Assembly: GCA_963742585.1 (NCBI GenBank)
Contig: CAVUMI010000003.1
Location: 84,345-148,344 of the forward strand
Direction: 5' to 3'
DNA: 64,000 bases
DNA from: an uncultured Actinomycetes bacterium
GTDB taxonomy: Bacteria; Actinomycetota; Acidimicrobiia; Acidimicrobiales; JACDEA01
Under the pieces are notes generated by a model. The model did no database searches. It saw only the letters and a list, made by a program, of their open reading frames with translations, and was not told where the DNA came from. How positions within the stretch are numbered: the first letter of the stretch is position 1; every line of letters starts with the position of its first letter. Below are positions 10,908-20,391 of the stretch, piece after piece. The translations under genes and the position numbers were made by a program.

Positions 10908-10969
10908 CGCAACGTGTCGGTGTCCAATCGGGGTTTTCCCTCGATTGGACACCGACACTTGTGGTTGCG
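10908..10969. repeat. palindromic repeat, GTGTCGGTG...CACCGACAC family, copy 1
   Basis: gtgtcggtgtccaatcg (10914-10930) pairs with cgattggacaccgacac (10942-10958), with an outer cgcaac/gttgcg. Lies between convergent gene ends at 10906 and 10982. Confidence 0.8.
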
Positions 10970-10981
10970 TCTTGTGTTGTC

Positions 10982-12214
10982 TTAGAGCTTGAGTTTGCTG
11001 GCGGTGTCGGAGGCGACGGTCTTCAGCTTCTCGAGGGCGCCGGGGACGGCCGGGTTGACCTTGAAGATCACCGTCTCACGTGACGGTGAGCGATCGGCGG
11101 CCTTGCCGTACGTGTACTTGCCGAGCAGACCCTCGTAGTCGATCTCGACTTCCTCGATCGCCTTGAGGATGCCCTCACGGCTGAGGTCGTCGTTCTCGAC
11201 CGCCTTCTCTAGCAGGGCGTGAACGCCCTTGGCCTGGGAGTAGCCGAACGCGAAGTACACATCGGGCTTCTGCGCCGGGGCGTACTTGGTCTGGTCGTCG
11301 ATCATTTGCTTCATGCCCGGGACACTCGTGTCGCCCCACGTCGCGCCTTCCGACAACCAATAGAAGGTCTTGGTCAACACCGGAGCCAGCTGCGGGCTGG
11401 CGGCCAGCCCACTCGCCCATGTGGGCGACTGCCCGAGCCAGCGGGGGAGAAGGCCCTTCTGCGCGGCGGCACCGATGATGCGGCCGGTGTTCGACGGCAG
11501 TGCGGTGAGAAACACCGCTTCGCACTTGGCCCGCTGCAACTGGGCGATCTGCCCCGTGTATTCCTCGTCGGCCGTGCCCTTGAACCGCGCGGTGGCAGCA
11601 ACGGTGAAGCCCAGTTCCTTGGCTGCATAGGTGAGGCCCTCGATGCCGGCCTGGCCGTACTCGGACTCGATCGCCATCTGGCAGATCGGCTTGCCCTTGA
11701 AGCCTTCGTCGTTCAGCAGCCAGCTAGCGGCGTTGATGAACTGCAACTGGTAGGTGCTGCCGATCGGCAGAAGGTTGGGCTCACGGACCCACGCGGCGTC
11801 GAGGGATGCCGGCGAGGCGGCGATGCCGTCGGTCTTCAGGTCGACGAGCACCGTCTTGGTGGGCGGCGTCCCGAGGATCTGCGAGAACATCACGACGTCG
11901 TTCTTGATCTTGGTGTACTTGGCCTTGGTCTGTTCGTTGCTGTACGCGGTGTCCTCTTTGACGAGCTCCACCTTGTACTTGCCGGCGATGCCGCCGGCCG
12001 CGTTTACCTTGGCCCAGTAGGCGTCGCCCCCGGCGGAGAGCGGCTTGCCGATCGGGTCGGCGATCGGGCCGCTCACGCCCTCGAGGACACCCAGCTTGAT
12101 GGTTTTGCCGTCGAAGCCCGGTGAGGCCTCGATGTCGTCATCGCGACCGCACCCCGCGGCAACCAATGCGAGTGCGAGTAGCAGGCCGAACAGCTGGATG
12201 GTGCGTCGCTTCAT
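10982..12214 (-). CDS. Liv-type ABC substrate-binding lipoprotein (Peripla_BP_6-like)
   Basis: ATG at 12212-12214 follows GAGAGGAAGG. Lipobox LALALVAAGC. Type-I periplasmic binding fold pattern. The run-on ORF to 13030 was trimmed. Confidence 0.85.
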   Translation of the reverse strand: MKRRTIQLFGLLLALALVAAGCGRDDDIEASPGFDGKTIKLGVLEGVSGPIADPIGKPLSAGGDAYWAKVNAAGGIAGKYKVELVKEDTAYSNEQTKAKYTKIKNDVVMFSQILGTPPTKTVLVDLKTDGIAASPASLDAAWVREPNLLPIGSTYQLQFINAASWLLNDEGFKGKPICQMAIESEYGQAGIEGLTYAAKELGFTVAATARFKGTADEEYTGQIAQLQRAKCEAVFLTALPSNTGRIIGAAAQKGLLPRWLGQSPTWASGLAASPQLAPVLTKTFYWLSEGATWGDTSVPGMKQMIDDQTKYAPAQKPDVYFAFGYSQAKGVHALLEKAVENDDLSREGILKAIEEVEIDYEGLLGKYTYGKAADRSPSRETVIFKVNPAVPGALEKLKTVASDTASKLKL

Positions 12215-12240
12215 TGAGCGCCTTCCTCTCGGTACAGACC

Positions 12241-13335
12241 TCAGTACGAAAACGGCCAAGCTTTGAAGTACGTCTTCAGGCGGAACCATAGGCCTGCGAG
12301 GCCCCGCGGTTCGAGCATGAGGAACAGAATGATCACGACGCCGAACAGCAACTGGTTGAGCGTGGCGATGGTGAGGTCGGTTTCCTTGGTGAGAAAACTC
12401 ACCAACGGGATGCTCGAGCTGTACTCCTCGATCATCAGCGGGGCGCCGGCGATGAACAGCGCGCCGACCACCGCGCCGAACACTGTGCCCACCCCGCCCA
12501 CGATGATGATGGCGATGAACTGGATCGACAGCAGCAGGTTCCACTGCTCCGGACTGATGTAGCCGTAGTACGACCCGAACAGCGCGCCGCACATCGCGGC
12601 CATCGCGCTGGAGATCGCGAACGCGAGGATCTTGTAGCGGGTGGGATCGACGCCGATGACCGCGGCGGCCACGTCGCGGTCGCGGATCGCCTGGAGCGCG
12701 CGCCCGGGCCGGGACCGCACGATGTTCTTCGTGGCCAGCACGGCCAGTGCCACCAGCACCCAGATCAACCAGAAGTAGGCCTGCTCCACCGAGTACTCGG
12801 TGCCGCCGAGGTTCAGCGCAGTGAAGTCGAGCGGTCCGATGCGCGCCGCCCGCTCGCCGCCCACGCCGTCGAAGCCGCCGGTGACCGACTCGAAGTTGTT
12901 CCAGATGTGGATACCGATGAACACCAGACCGAGCGACACGATGGCCAGGTAGTTGCCGCGGAGCCGCAGCGCGAACGGCCCGATCAGGGCGCCGACAATC
13001 CCACCCACCAGTCCGGCCAGCGGTAGCCACACCAGCAGGGGGAGGTTCTGTTCACCGCCGAAGTGCGCCCAGGTGTACGCGCCAGCGGCCATGAAGAACG
13101 CGTGGCCGAGGGAGACCTGTCCGGCGTAGCCGGTGAGCAGATTGAGGCCGAGCGCGCCGATGGCGAAGATGCCGGCCCGGTTGAGAACCGATAGCTGGAA
13201 GTCGCCGACGCTCATCGGGAGCACCAGCCACAGGATGACGACGACCGCCATCGCCACCTGACTCAAACGCGACGGGAGCAGTCGAAGGTCGTCGCCGTAC
13301 TCGACCGTTAGTCGGTGCGGGCGGAGCAGGCTCAT
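12241..13335 (-). CDS. branched-chain-type ABC permease (LivM-like)
   Basis: Start MSLLRPHRL at 13333-13335 overlaps the upstream stop (ATGA). Multi-TM with GYAGQVSLGHAFFMAAGAY. Confidence 0.85.
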   Translation of the reverse strand: MSLLRPHRLTVEYGDDLRLLPSRLSQVAMAVVVILWLVLPMSVGDFQLSVLNRAGIFAIGALGLNLLTGYAGQVSLGHAFFMAAGAYTWAHFGGEQNLPLLVWLPLAGLVGGIVGALIGPFALRLRGNYLAIVSLGLVFIGIHIWNNFESVTGGFDGVGGERAARIGPLDFTALNLGGTEYSVEQAYFWLIWVLVALAVLATKNIVRSRPGRALQAIRDRDVAAAVIGVDPTRYKILAFAISSAMAAMCGALFGSYYGYISPEQWNLLLSIQFIAIIIVGGVGTVFGAVVGALFIAGAPLMIEEYSSSIPLVSFLTKETDLTIATLNQLLFGVVIILFLMLEPRGLAGLWFRLKTYFKAWPFSY

Positions 13336-14228
13336 ACCCGCGTCACCTCGCGTGTGCCGAAGAGGCCGTAGGGCCGAATCATCAAGATGGCGACCAGCAC
13401 CACATACGGCGTGACCCGGTTGAAGTTGGGCCCGAGGAACTCGGGCAGTCGGTCGTTGTAGCCCGCGGTGAGCGTCTGCACCACGCCCATCACCAGACCG
13501 CCCACCACCGCGCCGCCCGGCGAGTCGAGCCCGCCCAAGATGACCGCGGGGAACGCGGCCAGCGCCACGAACGACAACTCGGGCCCGAGGCCCCGCCCGC
13601 CACTGACCAGCAGCACGCCGGCCAGCGCGCCGATGGCCGCGGCGATGGCCCACGACAGGCCGAAGACGCGCTTCACGCTGATGCCTTGCGCCAGCGCGGC
13701 TTCCTGATCCGACGAGGTAGCCCGCATGGCGATGCCGACGCGCGAATAGCGGAACAGCGCGAAGAACCCGATGAGGATGACGCCGGCCACGACGATCTGC
13801 ACCACGTTGACGACCGGGATGACGACGCCGGCAACCTCGTAGGTGTCGATGCCCCACGGGTCGGCGAAGTTGCGCTGCAGGCCGGTCCACCGCCAGATGA
13901 CGGCCTGGTCGATGGCGATCGAGAGCCCGATCGTGATCATGATCACCGCGTAGATCGGCTGACCGATCATGCGCCGTAGCACCAACCGCTCGATGGCCAG
14001 GCCCAGCACTGCGGCCACCGCCATGGCCGCCAGCACCGAGGGGTAGAACGGCCAACCCCATTGACCGTTGAACGTGAAGCAGAAGTACGCACCGAGGAGG
14101 ACGAGCGCGCCCTGGGCGAAGTTGATGACGTCGGTCGCCTTGTAGATGACGACGAAGCCCAGCGCGACGAGCGCGTACAGCGCTCCTTGGGCGATGCCGC
14201 TGACCACGAGCTGTGCAAAGAGCTTCAC
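13332..14228 (-). CDS. branched-chain-type ABC permease (LivH-like)
   Basis: 298 aa. VINFAQGALVLLGAYF..GIAMRATSSDQEAALAQGI. Confidence 0.9.
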   Translation of the reverse strand: MKLFAQLVVSGIAQGALYALVALGFVVIYKATDVINFAQGALVLLGAYFCFTFNGQWGWPFYPSVLAAMAVAAVLGLAIERLVLRRMIGQPIYAVIMITIGLSIAIDQAVIWRWTGLQRNFADPWGIDTYEVAGVVIPVVNVVQIVVAGVILIGFFALFRYSRVGIAMRATSSDQEAALAQGISVKRVFGLSWAIAAAIGALAGVLLVSGGRGLGPELSFVALAAFPAVILGGLDSPGGAVVGGLVMGVVQTLTAGYNDRLPEFLGPNFNRVTPYVVLVAILMIRPYGLFGTREVTRV

Positions 14229-16042
14229 GAATACATCGCCTCGATCAGCGGGCCGAACTCGGTGGCGATCGCGGCCCGCTTCACCTTCTGCGTTGCGGTC
14301 AGCTCACCCTCCTCGGGGTCGAGCTCCTTGGGCAGCAGCTCGAACCGCTTGATCGTCTCGACCTGCGCGAGATCGCGGTTGACGCCGTTGACCACCTCGC
14401 CGATCAACGCCTTGACCTCGTCCCGCCCGCTGAGGTCGCGGTAGGTCGTATAGGCCACGCCCTTGCGCGTCGCCCAGTTACCGACGGTGTCGGCCTCGAT
14501 GCCAATCAGTGCGGTGAGGTACTTACGGCGGTCGCCGATCACGATGGCCTCGCGCACGTACGGCGAGACCTTGAGCATGTTCTCGATCTCCGACGGCGAG
14601 ATGTTCTTGCCGCCCGCGGTGATGATGATGTCCTTCTTGCGATCGGTGATCGTGAGGAAGCCGTCCTCGTCGAGCTCGCCGACGTCGCCGGTGTGCAGCC
14701 AGCCGTCGCGGTCGACGGTCTCTGCGGTGGCCTTCTTGTTGTCGAGGTAGCCGACGAAGACGCCCTTGCTGCGGACGAGGATCTCGCCGTCCTCGGCGAT
14801 GCGGAGTTCGACGCCTTGGAGTGCCTTTCCCACCTTGCCGATGCGGACGTCGTCGGCCGGCGTGTAGGTGGCCAGCGCGCTGCCCTCGGTCTGGCCGTAG
14901 CCCTCTCGTACGGGGATGCCCAGCGCCCAGAAGTACTCGAGCACCTTTGGCGCGATCGGCGCCGCGCCCGACACGGCGGTGCGCACGCGGGCCAGACCCA
15001 GCTTCTCCCGCAGGCTGCGGAACAGCACCAGCCAGAGCACGCCGGCGATCACGCGGTCGATGGGGCCCAGCCCGCCCTTCATGCGTTTGGGCGCCAGTTT
15101 GCGGCCGCGGGCCATCACCCGCGCGTAGATGAACCGCTTGAGCCGCGACGCGTCAGCCATGCGGATCTCGACGGTCGCCAGCATCTTCTCCCACACTCGC
15201 GGTACGCCCAGGAAGAACGTGGGCTGGATCTCGCGCAAGTCGGCGGCGAAGGATTCACCGCCCTCGCCGAAGTTCACGACGTAGCCGCCCTTGAGCGCGT
15301 CGATGAGCGACACCAGCCGCTCGGCGACGTGGCTCAGCGGCAGGTATGAGAGCACCTGATCGTCGGCGGTGGTGGTGAACGTCGCGCTGAAGGTGTCGGC
15401 CGCGTGGACGAGGTTCTCGTGCGAGAGCATGGCGCCCTTGGGCGGACCAGTGGTGCCCGACGTGTAGACGACCATGGCCACGGTGTCGCCGCTCACCCCG
15501 GTCCCCCAATCGGCGACCGGCTGGGACCGACCCAGCTCCTCGAGCGCGGCAAAGGTCATGACCATCGGGTCATCGAGATCGCGGATGCCGCGTGTGTCGA
15601 TGACGACGATGTGCTTGAGCGCGGGGAGCTTCTTGCGCACGGCCAGTATCTTGTCGATCTGCTCCTCGTCCTCGACGATCACCACCACGCTCTTCGAGTG
15701 GCCGAGCAGGTACTGGACCTCGGACGCCGGGCTGGTGGGGTAGATCCCCACGCTGACTGCGCCGATGCCCTGCGCGCCCAGGTCGCTCAGCAGCCACTCG
15801 GCCCGGTTCTCGCTGAGAACAGCGACGCGATCGCCCTCGCCCACGCCGATGGCCCGGAGCCCCGCGCCGACCGCCGCGGCGCGCGCCGCGTAGGCCGCCC
15901 AGGTGATCTCGCGCCAGCGGCCGAGCTGCTTCTCGCGCAACGCGACGCGGCCGGGATGCTCCATCGCCCGCTGCAACAACATCGCCGGAAGTGAAGCTGT
16001 GTCCTCCGCTCGCCTTCCGTCTTCGCCTCCGGCTCGCTTCAT
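14225..16042 (-). CDS. long-chain acyl-CoA synthetase (AMP-binding enzyme)
   Basis: Start at 16040-16042 overlaps the LivG stop (ATGA). Motifs VVYTSGTTGPPKGAMLSH, GYGQTEG, GWLHTGDVGELDEDGFLTITDRKKD. Confidence 0.9.
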   Translation of the reverse strand: MKRAGGEDGRRAEDTASLPAMLLQRAMEHPGRVALREKQLGRWREITWAAYAARAAAVGAGLRAIGVGEGDRVAVLSENRAEWLLSDLGAQGIGAVSVGIYPTSPASEVQYLLGHSKSVVVIVEDEEQIDKILAVRKKLPALKHIVVIDTRGIRDLDDPMVMTFAALEELGRSQPVADWGTGVSGDTVAMVVYTSGTTGPPKGAMLSHENLVHAADTFSATFTTTADDQVLSYLPLSHVAERLVSLIDALKGGYVVNFGEGGESFAADLREIQPTFFLGVPRVWEKMLATVEIRMADASRLKRFIYARVMARGRKLAPKRMKGGLGPIDRVIAGVLWLVLFRSLREKLGLARVRTAVSGAAPIAPKVLEYFWALGIPVREGYGQTEGSALATYTPADDVRIGKVGKALQGVELRIAEDGEILVRSKGVFVGYLDNKKATAETVDRDGWLHTGDVGELDEDGFLTITDRKKDIIITAGGKNISPSEIENMLKVSPYVREAIVIGDRRKYLTALIGIEADTVGNWATRKGVAYTTYRDLSGRDEVKALIGEVVNGVNRDLAQVETIKRFELLPKELDPEEGELTATQKVKRAAIATEFGPLIEAMYS

Positions 16043-16848
16043 GACGCGGTTTGTCCGAGATACGCCTCGATCACGCGCGGGTCGGCCTGCACGTCGGCGG
16101 GCGAGCCGGTGGCGATGATCAGACCGAAGTCGAGCACCATCACCCGGTCGGCCAGATCCATGACCACGTGCATGTCGTGCTCCACGAGGATCATCGAGAG
16201 CCCGAGCGCCTGGCGAATCTCGACGATGTAGCGGGCCATGTCCTCGGTCTCCTCGAGGTTCATACCGGCCACCGGCTCGTCGAGGAGGAGAAGGCGAGGG
16301 TCCATGGCCAGGGCCCGGGCCAGTTCGATGCGCTTCTGAATGCCGTAGGGGAGCGCGCCGACCACTTGACGGCGGTGCGGCTCGAGCTCGAGCAGCTCGA
16401 TGATCTCCTCGCACCGCTCGCGGTGAGCGATTTCCTCGCTCCGCGCTTTGCCCAGCCACGCGGCGGCACCGGCGAAGCCCGTGCGCATGAGGTGGTGGCG
16501 TCCGAGGAGCAGGTTGTCGATCAGCGGCAGGTTGGTGAACAGGCCGAGGTTCTGAAAGGTGCGGGCGACGCCCATTGCGGCGATGTCGGTCGGGCGCTTG
16601 CCGATGAGTTCGACGTCGTCGAGCGTGACGGATCCCACCTGTGGCCGGTACACCCCGTTGAGACAGTTGAAGATCGACGTCTTGCCTGCGCCGTTCGGAC
16701 CGATCACCGCGAACAGCTCGCCGGCGGCGACGTCGAAGCTCACGTCGGACAACGCGGTCACCCCGCCGAACCGCAACGTGAGCTCGTTGACGGATAGCAG
16801 GGTGCTCTTTCCCCGGTCGCCTCCGTCTGCGCCTCCGGCTCCCTTCAT
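16039..16848 (-). CDS. ABC ATPase (LivG-like)
   Basis: GPNGAGKTS, LPYGIQKRIELARAL, LLLLDEPVAGMN, LVEHDM. Confidence 0.9.
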   Translation of the reverse strand: MKGAGGADGGDRGKSTLLSVNELTLRFGGVTALSDVSFDVAAGELFAVIGPNGAGKTSIFNCLNGVYRPQVGSVTLDDVELIGKRPTDIAAMGVARTFQNLGLFTNLPLIDNLLLGRHHLMRTGFAGAAAWLGKARSEEIAHRERCEEIIELLELEPHRRQVVGALPYGIQKRIELARALAMDPRLLLLDEPVAGMNLEETEDMARYIVEIRQALGLSMILVEHDMHVVMDLADRVMVLDFGLIIATGSPADVQADPRVIEAYLGQTAS

Positions 16849-17644
16849 GCTGACCAGCGCTTCTTCCGTCGATAGGTCTTGACGTCGCGGTACGAGCGGC
16901 GGCCGGCCTCGCCGACGCCCAGGTAGAACTCTTTGATGTCGGGATCCTCCAGCAGTTCGTGGCCGGGCCCGTCCTTGACGATGCGCCCGGTCTCCATCAC
17001 GTAGCCGTGGTTGGCGATCGACAACGCCATCGTGGCGTTCTGCTCGACCAGCAGGACGCTGGTGCCCGACGCGTTGATGTCGACGATGATCGAGCGGATG
17101 TGCTCGACAACGCGGGGGCGAGCCCGAGTGACGGTTCGTCGAGGACGAGCATGCGCGGCGACGCCATCAACGAGCGACCGATGGCCAGCATCTGCTGTTC
17201 GCCACCGGAGAGGTAGCCGGCGATCTGCCGGCTGCGTTCGGCGAGCACGGGGAACAGCGTCATGACCCGTTCGTGGGAGCTGCGCAGCTCGGCCTTGTCT
17301 CGCCGGCTGATGCCGCCGGCCCGCAGGTTGTCCTCGACGGACAGCTCCTTGAAGATGCGCCGGCCCTCCATCACCTGGCTGATGCCGCGGCGCACGATGG
17401 CCGACGCGTCGAGCTTGTCGATGCGGGCGCCGTCGAACTCGATGCTGCCCTTGGTGACCTCGCCGCGGTGGATGTCGAGCAAACCGGAGATCGCCCGCAG
17501 CAACGTGGTCTTGCCCGCGCCGTTGGCCCCGAGCAGGGCGACGATTGCTCCGGCCGGCACCTCGAGGCTCATGCCGCGGAGGCCGAGGATCACGTCGCTA
17601 TAAACGACCTCGACGTTGCGGACGCGCAGCAACGGTTCGGCCAC
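16845..17644 (-). pseudogene. ABC ATPase (LivF-like) with one frame break at a G5 run
   Basis: ORF 16997-17644 is valid to LVLDEPSLGLAP. After the run 17114-17118 the expected RVVEHIRSIIVDINASGTSVLLVEQNATMALSIANHGYVMETGRIV continues in the frame of ORF 16845-17030. Confidence 0.85.
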
Positions 17645-17668
17645 GGCGACATCATTGCCTAAAGCAAT

Positions 17669-17712
17669 GTGTCGGTGTCAGGTCTCGCTTTTCGGTAACT
17701 GAGCACCGACAC
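17669..17712. repeat. palindromic repeat, GTGTCGGTG...CACCGACAC family, copy 2
   Basis: gtgtcggtg (17669-17677) and caccgacac (17704-17712). The interior is near-identical to copy 3. Preceded by a small hairpin cattgc/gcaatg (17653-17669). Overlaps the last codons of CDS 17678-18565. Confidence 0.8.
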
Positions 17713-18565
17713 GTCGCTTGTTGGCGGGCTTCTTGGCGCTTGGCTTTTTGACGGCGCGTTCTAGGTGGGCGCCGAGGAGGCGCCCGACGCCGAGCAGCTT
17801 GGCGACGCGGGCGGTGTCGAGGCTCGAGACATCGCCCTCGTAGACGACGAGACCGCGCTGCATGATCGCGGCGCGGTCGACGAGGCGGAAGCCGAAGCTC
17901 ACGTTCTGCTCGACCAGCACCATCGTCATGCCCTCGGCCCGCAAGCCCTGCAACATCTCGAGGACGCTCTCGATCACCGCCGGTGCCAAGCCGGCGGACG
18001 GTTCGTCGATCAGCAGCACCTGCGGGTCGCCGGCCAGGGCCCGCCCGATGGCCAGCATCGCCTGCTCGCCGCCGGACAGCGAGCCGGCCTGTTGGCCTCG
18101 CCGGCTGCGAAGGATCGGGAACCGCGAGTACACACCGTCGAGAACTTCGTTGAATCGGTCCTTGTCGTGGCGGCGCTGCTCGAGCGAGCGCCAGCGAGCC
18201 GAGCGGCCATGGGGCCCGGGGGCGGAGCCCCCGTGTAACAGCACGTACCCACCGAGCCGCAGGTTCTGCTCGACGGTGAGCTTCGGGAACAGCTGGCGGC
18301 CCTGCGGCGTGTACGCCATGCCGAGCCGGGCCCGGTCCTCCGGCGACAGCGCGGTGACGTCGCGGTCGCGCAGGGTGACGACGCCGGCCCGGGCCGGCAC
18401 CAGTCCGGCGATCACCTTCATCGTCACGCTCTTGCCCGCGCCGTTGAGCCCGAACATGCCGACCGACGTGCCTTCGGCCACCGCCAGGTCGACACCGTGC
18501 AACACGACGTTGGCGCCAAAGCCGGCCACGACGCCGTCGAGCGAAAGCAACATCGGCGCGCTCAC
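17678..18565 (-). CDS. ABC ATPase (LivF-like) of the second Liv-type operon
   Basis: GLNGAGKSV, LSGGEQAMLAIGRAL, LLIDEPSAGLAP, LVEQN. Has an extra ~20-aa segment before the signature motif and a Lys-rich C-terminal tail ending RVGAQLPKSET, which is encoded by the repeat. Confidence 0.8.
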   Translation of the reverse strand: MSAPMLLSLDGVVAGFGANVVLHGVDLAVAEGTSVGMFGLNGAGKSVTMKVIAGLVPARAGVVTLRDRDVTALSPEDRARLGMAYTPQGRQLFPKLTVEQNLRLGGYVLLHGGSAPGPHGRSARWRSLEQRRHDKDRFNEVLDGVYSRFPILRSRRGQQAGSLSGGEQAMLAIGRALAGDPQVLLIDEPSAGLAPAVIESVLEMLQGLRAEGMTMVLVEQNVSFGFRLVDRAAIMQRGLVVYEGDVSSLDTARVAKLLGVGRLLGAHLERAVKKPSAKKPANKRRVGAQLPKSET

Positions 18566-20391
18566 AGCACGACCTCGCCGAGGTACGCGCTGAGCACCTC
18601 GGGATTGCGGGCCAGCTGGCGCGGCTTGCCCTCAGCGAGCAGCGCGCCGGCGTTGAGCACGTAGACGTAGTCGCACACGTCGAGCACCAGCGGCACGTTG
18701 TGTTCGATGAGCAGGATCGTCTGACCGTGGTCGTCGCGGAGCTCGCGCAGGCGGTCGGCCAGGTTCTCGGCCGCGGCGGGCGAGAGTCCCGCGGTCGGTT
18801 CGTCGAGCATGAGCAGCTTGGGACCGGTGGCCAGCACCGCGCCCAGCTCCACCAGCCGCCGCTGCCCGCCCGAGAGGTTGCGCACCGGCTCGTCGGCGTA
18901 CTCCTCGAAGCCCAGCCCGGCGATGACCTCGTCGGCCAGCGCGCCCAGGGTCCGTTCAACCCGGTCGACCCCGCCGGCATAGAGCAGTGCGCTCGGCGCG
19001 CCGTAGTTCGCGGTGACGTGCTGGGCCAGCAGGATGTTCTCGCGCACGGACATGTCGACGGCCAGGCCCACCTGTTGGAACGTCCGCCCCAGTCCGGCCT
19101 GCGTGCGGGCGTGTGGCGCCAGGTCGTGCAGGGCCACGCCGTCGAGGATCATCACGCCGCGCCGCTCGGGCACGAAGCCCGAGATGGCGTTGAACAGCGT
19201 CGACTTGCCGGCGCCGTTGGGCCCGATGATCCCGACGATCGTCTGCGGGGCCACCGTCAGCGCCACGTCGTCCACCGCCATCAACCCGCCGAAGTTCACC
19301 GTCGCGCCCTCGACGATCAGCAGCTCAGCCCGTTCTGTCACATTGCGCGCCTCCGGCGCGACGGACGCCGCGTCGCGCACGACGAAGTTCGGTATCACTG
19401 GTTCGTCGTCATCCTCGTCCGCCGGCGCGTTCCGGTGATGGCGGAGCTCGCCGACAAGACCGGCGAGCCCGCCGGGCAGGTGCACCACGTTGTAGACGGT
19501 GATCAGCGCGGCGACGACCAGGTCGTAGCCCTGCATGAACTCCGGCAGCTTGGGCGCCAGCGCCAGCAGCACGGCCACCACCGCGATGCCCCAGCGCTTG
19601 CCGACCCCGCCGATCATCACGATCAGCACGATGCGCAGCGACATCTCGAGCGGGAAGACGTCGCTGTTGACCAGACCGACGGCGTGGCCGTACAGCGCGC
19701 CGGCCAAGCCGGCGATGGCACCCGACAGCACGAAGGCGAACAGTTTGTAGCGGGTGACGTCGACCCCGAAGGACTGCGCGGCAACCTCGTCCTCACGGAT
19801 CATGCGGAAGGCGCGGCCGAGCTTGGTGCGCATCACGTTGCGGTCGACCAGCCACACGCCGAGCAAGGCGAGCAACACGAGCGAGAGATAGATCGCCGGG
19901 TTGCGCAGCATTGAGTCGCCCCAGAGCCGGCGGGGTAGCGCGGCGCCGGCCGACCCGCGCGTGAATACGTTCCACCGCAGCACCGACGACTGCATGGTGA
20001 TGCCGAAGACGATCGTGACCAGCGCGAGATACAACCCGCGCAGCCGCAGCGCGGGCAGACCGATGGCCAGCGCGACCACGCCGCCCATCAGCGCGGCGGC
20101 GATCCAGTCGACGAACATCGGCAAGCCCCACCGGTCGACCACCACGCTGCCGGCGAACGCGCCCACGCCGAGCAGCGCGGCGTGACCCAGCGACAGCTGC
20201 CCGGCGTAGCCGAGCAACAGATTGAGCGAGAGCGCAGCGATGGCCAGGGCGAACCCGATCGACAGCGTGAGCGCGGTCGATGCCGGGAGCAAGCGGGGCA
20301 TCGCCTCGGACGTCGCCCAGGGAAGGACCGCGCAGCCGAGCGCGATCAGCAGCACGTTCTGCCGGTACGGCGTGAGCAGGCGCGTGATCAT
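18562..20391 (-). CDS. fused LivM-like permease / LivG-like ATPase
   Basis: Start MITRLLTPY at 20389-20391. N-terminal ~330-aa multi-TM domain (GYAGQLSLGHAALLGVGAF), an acidic linker, then GPNGAGKSTLFN, LSGGQRRLVELGAVL, LLMLDEPTAGLSP, LIEHN. Confidence 0.85.
   Translation of the reverse strand: MITRLLTPYRQNVLLIALGCAVLPWATSEAMPRLLPASTALTLSIGFALAIAALSLNLLLGYAGQLSLGHAALLGVGAFAGSVVVDRWGLPMFVDWIAAALMGGVVALAIGLPALRLRGLYLALVTIVFGITMQSSVLRWNVFTRGSAGAALPRRLWGDSMLRNPAIYLSLVLLALLGVWLVDRNVMRTKLGRAFRMIREDEVAAQSFGVDVTRYKLFAFVLSGAIAGLAGALYGHAVGLVNSDVFPLEMSLRIVLIVMIGGVGKRWGIAVVAVLLALAPKLPEFMQGYDLVVAALITVYNVVHLPGGLAGLVGELRHHRNAPADEDDDEPVIPNFVVRDAASVAPEARNVTERAELLIVEGATVNFGGLMAVDDVALTVAPQTIVGIIGPNGAGKSTLFNAISGFVPERRGVMILDGVALHDLAPHARTQAGLGRTFQQVGLAVDMSVRENILLAQHVTANYGAPSALLYAGGVDRVERTLGALADEVIAGLGFEEYADEPVRNLSGGQRRLVELGAVLATGPKLLMLDEPTAGLSPAAAENLADRLRELRDDHGQTILLIEHNVPLVLDVCDYVYVLNAGALLAEGKPRQLARNPEVLSAYLGEVVL

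Noticed and set aside
10982-13030. Run-on N-terminal extensions of listed ORFs (also 12241-14061, 14225-16459, 18562-21024, 21529-23316, 61504-63471)
   Set aside because: The upstream parts read through the neighbouring gene out of frame and give Arg/Pro-rich nonsense. Internal starts with SD sequences or ATGA/GTGA coupling overlaps give proteins of normal length.
17652-18980. 442-aa minus-strand ORF overlapping the LivF-like and LivM-LivG genes
   Set aside because: It is an alternative frame of real genes, with no motifs and extreme Arg/Pro content.
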